A stretch of DNA of 64,000 nt, taken from assembly GCF_964355755.1 (NCBI RefSeq), contig NC_092674.1, forward strand, positions 23,622,001 through 23,686,000, given 5' to 3'. Position 1 is the stretch's first letter, and each line of letters opens with the position of its first letter. The stretch is from Antedon mediterranea (Eukaryota; Animalia; Echinodermata). Position numbers and translations under genes: made by a program. Below the pieces are notes generated by a model. It was not told where the DNA came from. It was given only the letters and a program-made list of their open reading frames with translations, and did not search any database. Below are positions 62,301 to 64,000 of this stretch, one piece after another.

Positions 62301-63520
62301 TCAAATTCAAGTTTTGCGAGAACAATTTTCCAAATGCTCGTTTGCAAATGTTTAACCAAATAAGTTCGACCAATGTACACTAGCTAGTTTGACCGAACCT
62401 TCTTGACAAAATAGTTTGCTGATCTCAGCAAACTCAAAGTTTGTCAATTTTCCAAATATGCTAGTTTGTTTGAAAAATTTACACTCTATAGCAAAATTTC
62501 TTAGAATAGTGCAGAATGCTAACAAACCGTTTCTAACAATTACAATAAATGACTTTAACAATTGGCTTGCTATTTTAGGCTACTACATTTCACTGTACTA
62601 TTTTAAAAACAAATTTAAAACTCTAATTATGTAATTCGAAAAATAGAAGTAAAGTATAACTGTTTTATTATAGGCGGTTACAATATTTGGATTACTGCAG
62701 TCAAATTTAGTAAATACAAAGCCTATCCTAATTCCTATTTTTGCTGTCTATATTGGTGCCATAACCAGAGTTAGTTTACTCTCAATTGGATTACTCGTCT
62801 TAAGACGATGGGAAAGGACACGCCTTTCGAGAGAACTACAAACACCACACGTAAGTCAAGTAGGCCTAAACGAGCCAAGTATTAATTAAGATGTTATTTG
62901 AATGTACTATAATAACCAACTTCCATGTTTCCATTTTGAAATTACCTGTACCTTATAATATGTGAATCTAAGCTATTTGAATAGCTTTTTTCAATTTGGT
63001 AAAATCATTTTAGAGGGCTATATATTATAAGTAGTCTAGGAGGCCTAGCCACATTTTTTACTTCTTTGTCGTTTTCTTGAAACATTTTTATACTACTTAC
63101 TTACTTTTTTTTTCCAATGCTGGCACGTTTTAACAACCTAAAATTTCCAACGAATAAATCACGCACGCCGAAACACATCGAAAATCGGTATCACGTCAAG
63201 ATACACAGAATGTGTGACGTGGTACACAAATTTTATCCATACGGAAACGGATGTTGCCCGAACTTTCTATTATTAATATTATTACGTAAAACTACATCTA
63301 ATGTAATAATAATAATTTTCATTGCATTTTTGTCAAATCAAGAAAACTGACAGTAATTAAGTTGTTAATCTTATATCTTTAGGAGAGCAATCTGAGTGTT
63401 GTAAACGTTTTGAAATTTTGGTGGCCACTTGCGATTGTCAGAGGTGTTCAAACAATCAGCAGACCAATTGTTAACTTGTTTGTAGCCAGAGATTTAAATG
63501 GGTCAGATGAGGCTATTCAG
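59311..63520 (+). CDS. ANKH: ANKH copy C, exons 1-6 (continues beyond window)
   Basis: Exons 59311-59451, 60425-60638, 61160-61278, 61655-61738, 62674-62850, 63383-63520 keep an open frame and are close paralogs of copy B exons 1-6. Confidence 0.9.
59647..60245 (+). mobile_element. HINE-like element, long form, in ANKH C intron 1
   Basis: Same 5' hairpin and GTCG/GTCT microsatellite as 13538-13654. About 350 bp is nearly identical to 50516-50865. Confidence 0.65.
61950..62480 (+). repeat. Degenerate tandem repeat in ANKH C intron 4
   Basis: Recurring CTAGTTTGACCGAACCTTC, AGCAAACTC.AAGTTT and AACAATTTTCCA.ATGCT. Related sequence at ~38800-38920, ~49920-50150 and ~52300-52420. Confidence 0.6.
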
Positions 63521-64000
63521 GTAGAAATGTTTTTTGTTTTTTATTCATCTTAAAACTGCAAATACGATAATCTATATTTTCTTTTTTCTCTCGCTCTTAT
63601 TTTCTTTTACAAAGGTAAATCCTCATATTAAAAAAACAATTGTTATTATAGTTTTAGAAAAACTCATTATCTATAATGCCGTTTTGGGCTATAGCAGTTC
63701 ATTAGTTAATGCTGTTTATTGTTATAGACCAGAGTATAACATATGTAAAAATAATTTTTAACATATTTATTTACATACACAATTTTTTCCCCTCTCTTTT
63801 CCCTTCTATTCGGTTAAAAAAAAAGGTTTGGTGTAGTAAGTCTGTTGTAAAGTAGTTATTTTGATGTTTTTTGTCTGTCTGTTTTTAATCCGTGTCTATT
63901 TATAATTGTTATTTTATATATTCACTCATAAGCCAGAATTGGCTGGTCTTGATATTTCACAAGAGTATGATTAAGTAAATAAATACAAAAAAATATGTTT

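Overview
This is AT-rich, intron-containing eukaryotic (animal) genomic DNA. A DeuSINE and vertebrate-like exon layouts suggest an invertebrate deuterostome such as an echinoderm, but this is inference. Protein-coding content, built by hand from GT/AG boundaries with consistent phases: (1) the terminal coding exon of a POU4/Brn3 gene (+, 2998-3813); (2) a complete 16-exon RECQL5 helicase (-, 21650-38158, 1078 aa); (3) a tandem cluster of three ANKH copies (+): copy A is 5'-truncated and frameshifted (exons 6-12), copy B is an intact 12-exon gene of 490 aa, and copy C runs off the window end; (4) a disabled, nearly intron-free pappalysin (PAPP-A) copy nested antisense in RECQL5 intron 11. The rest is transposon and repeat sequence: TIR MITEs, Helentron-type HINEs, CR1/L2/Rex LINE fragments, a DeuSINE, a 5S fragment, minisatellites and a palindromic satellite. 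The most unusual items are a (TA)n-embedded element with direct and inverted repeats around an intact tRNA-like cloverleaf with an ATC anticodon, two Penelope-type minimal hammerhead ribozyme remnants, the semi-processed pappalysin copy, and the recent ANKH expansion. Transposon family assignments rest on recalled motifs, not database searches.
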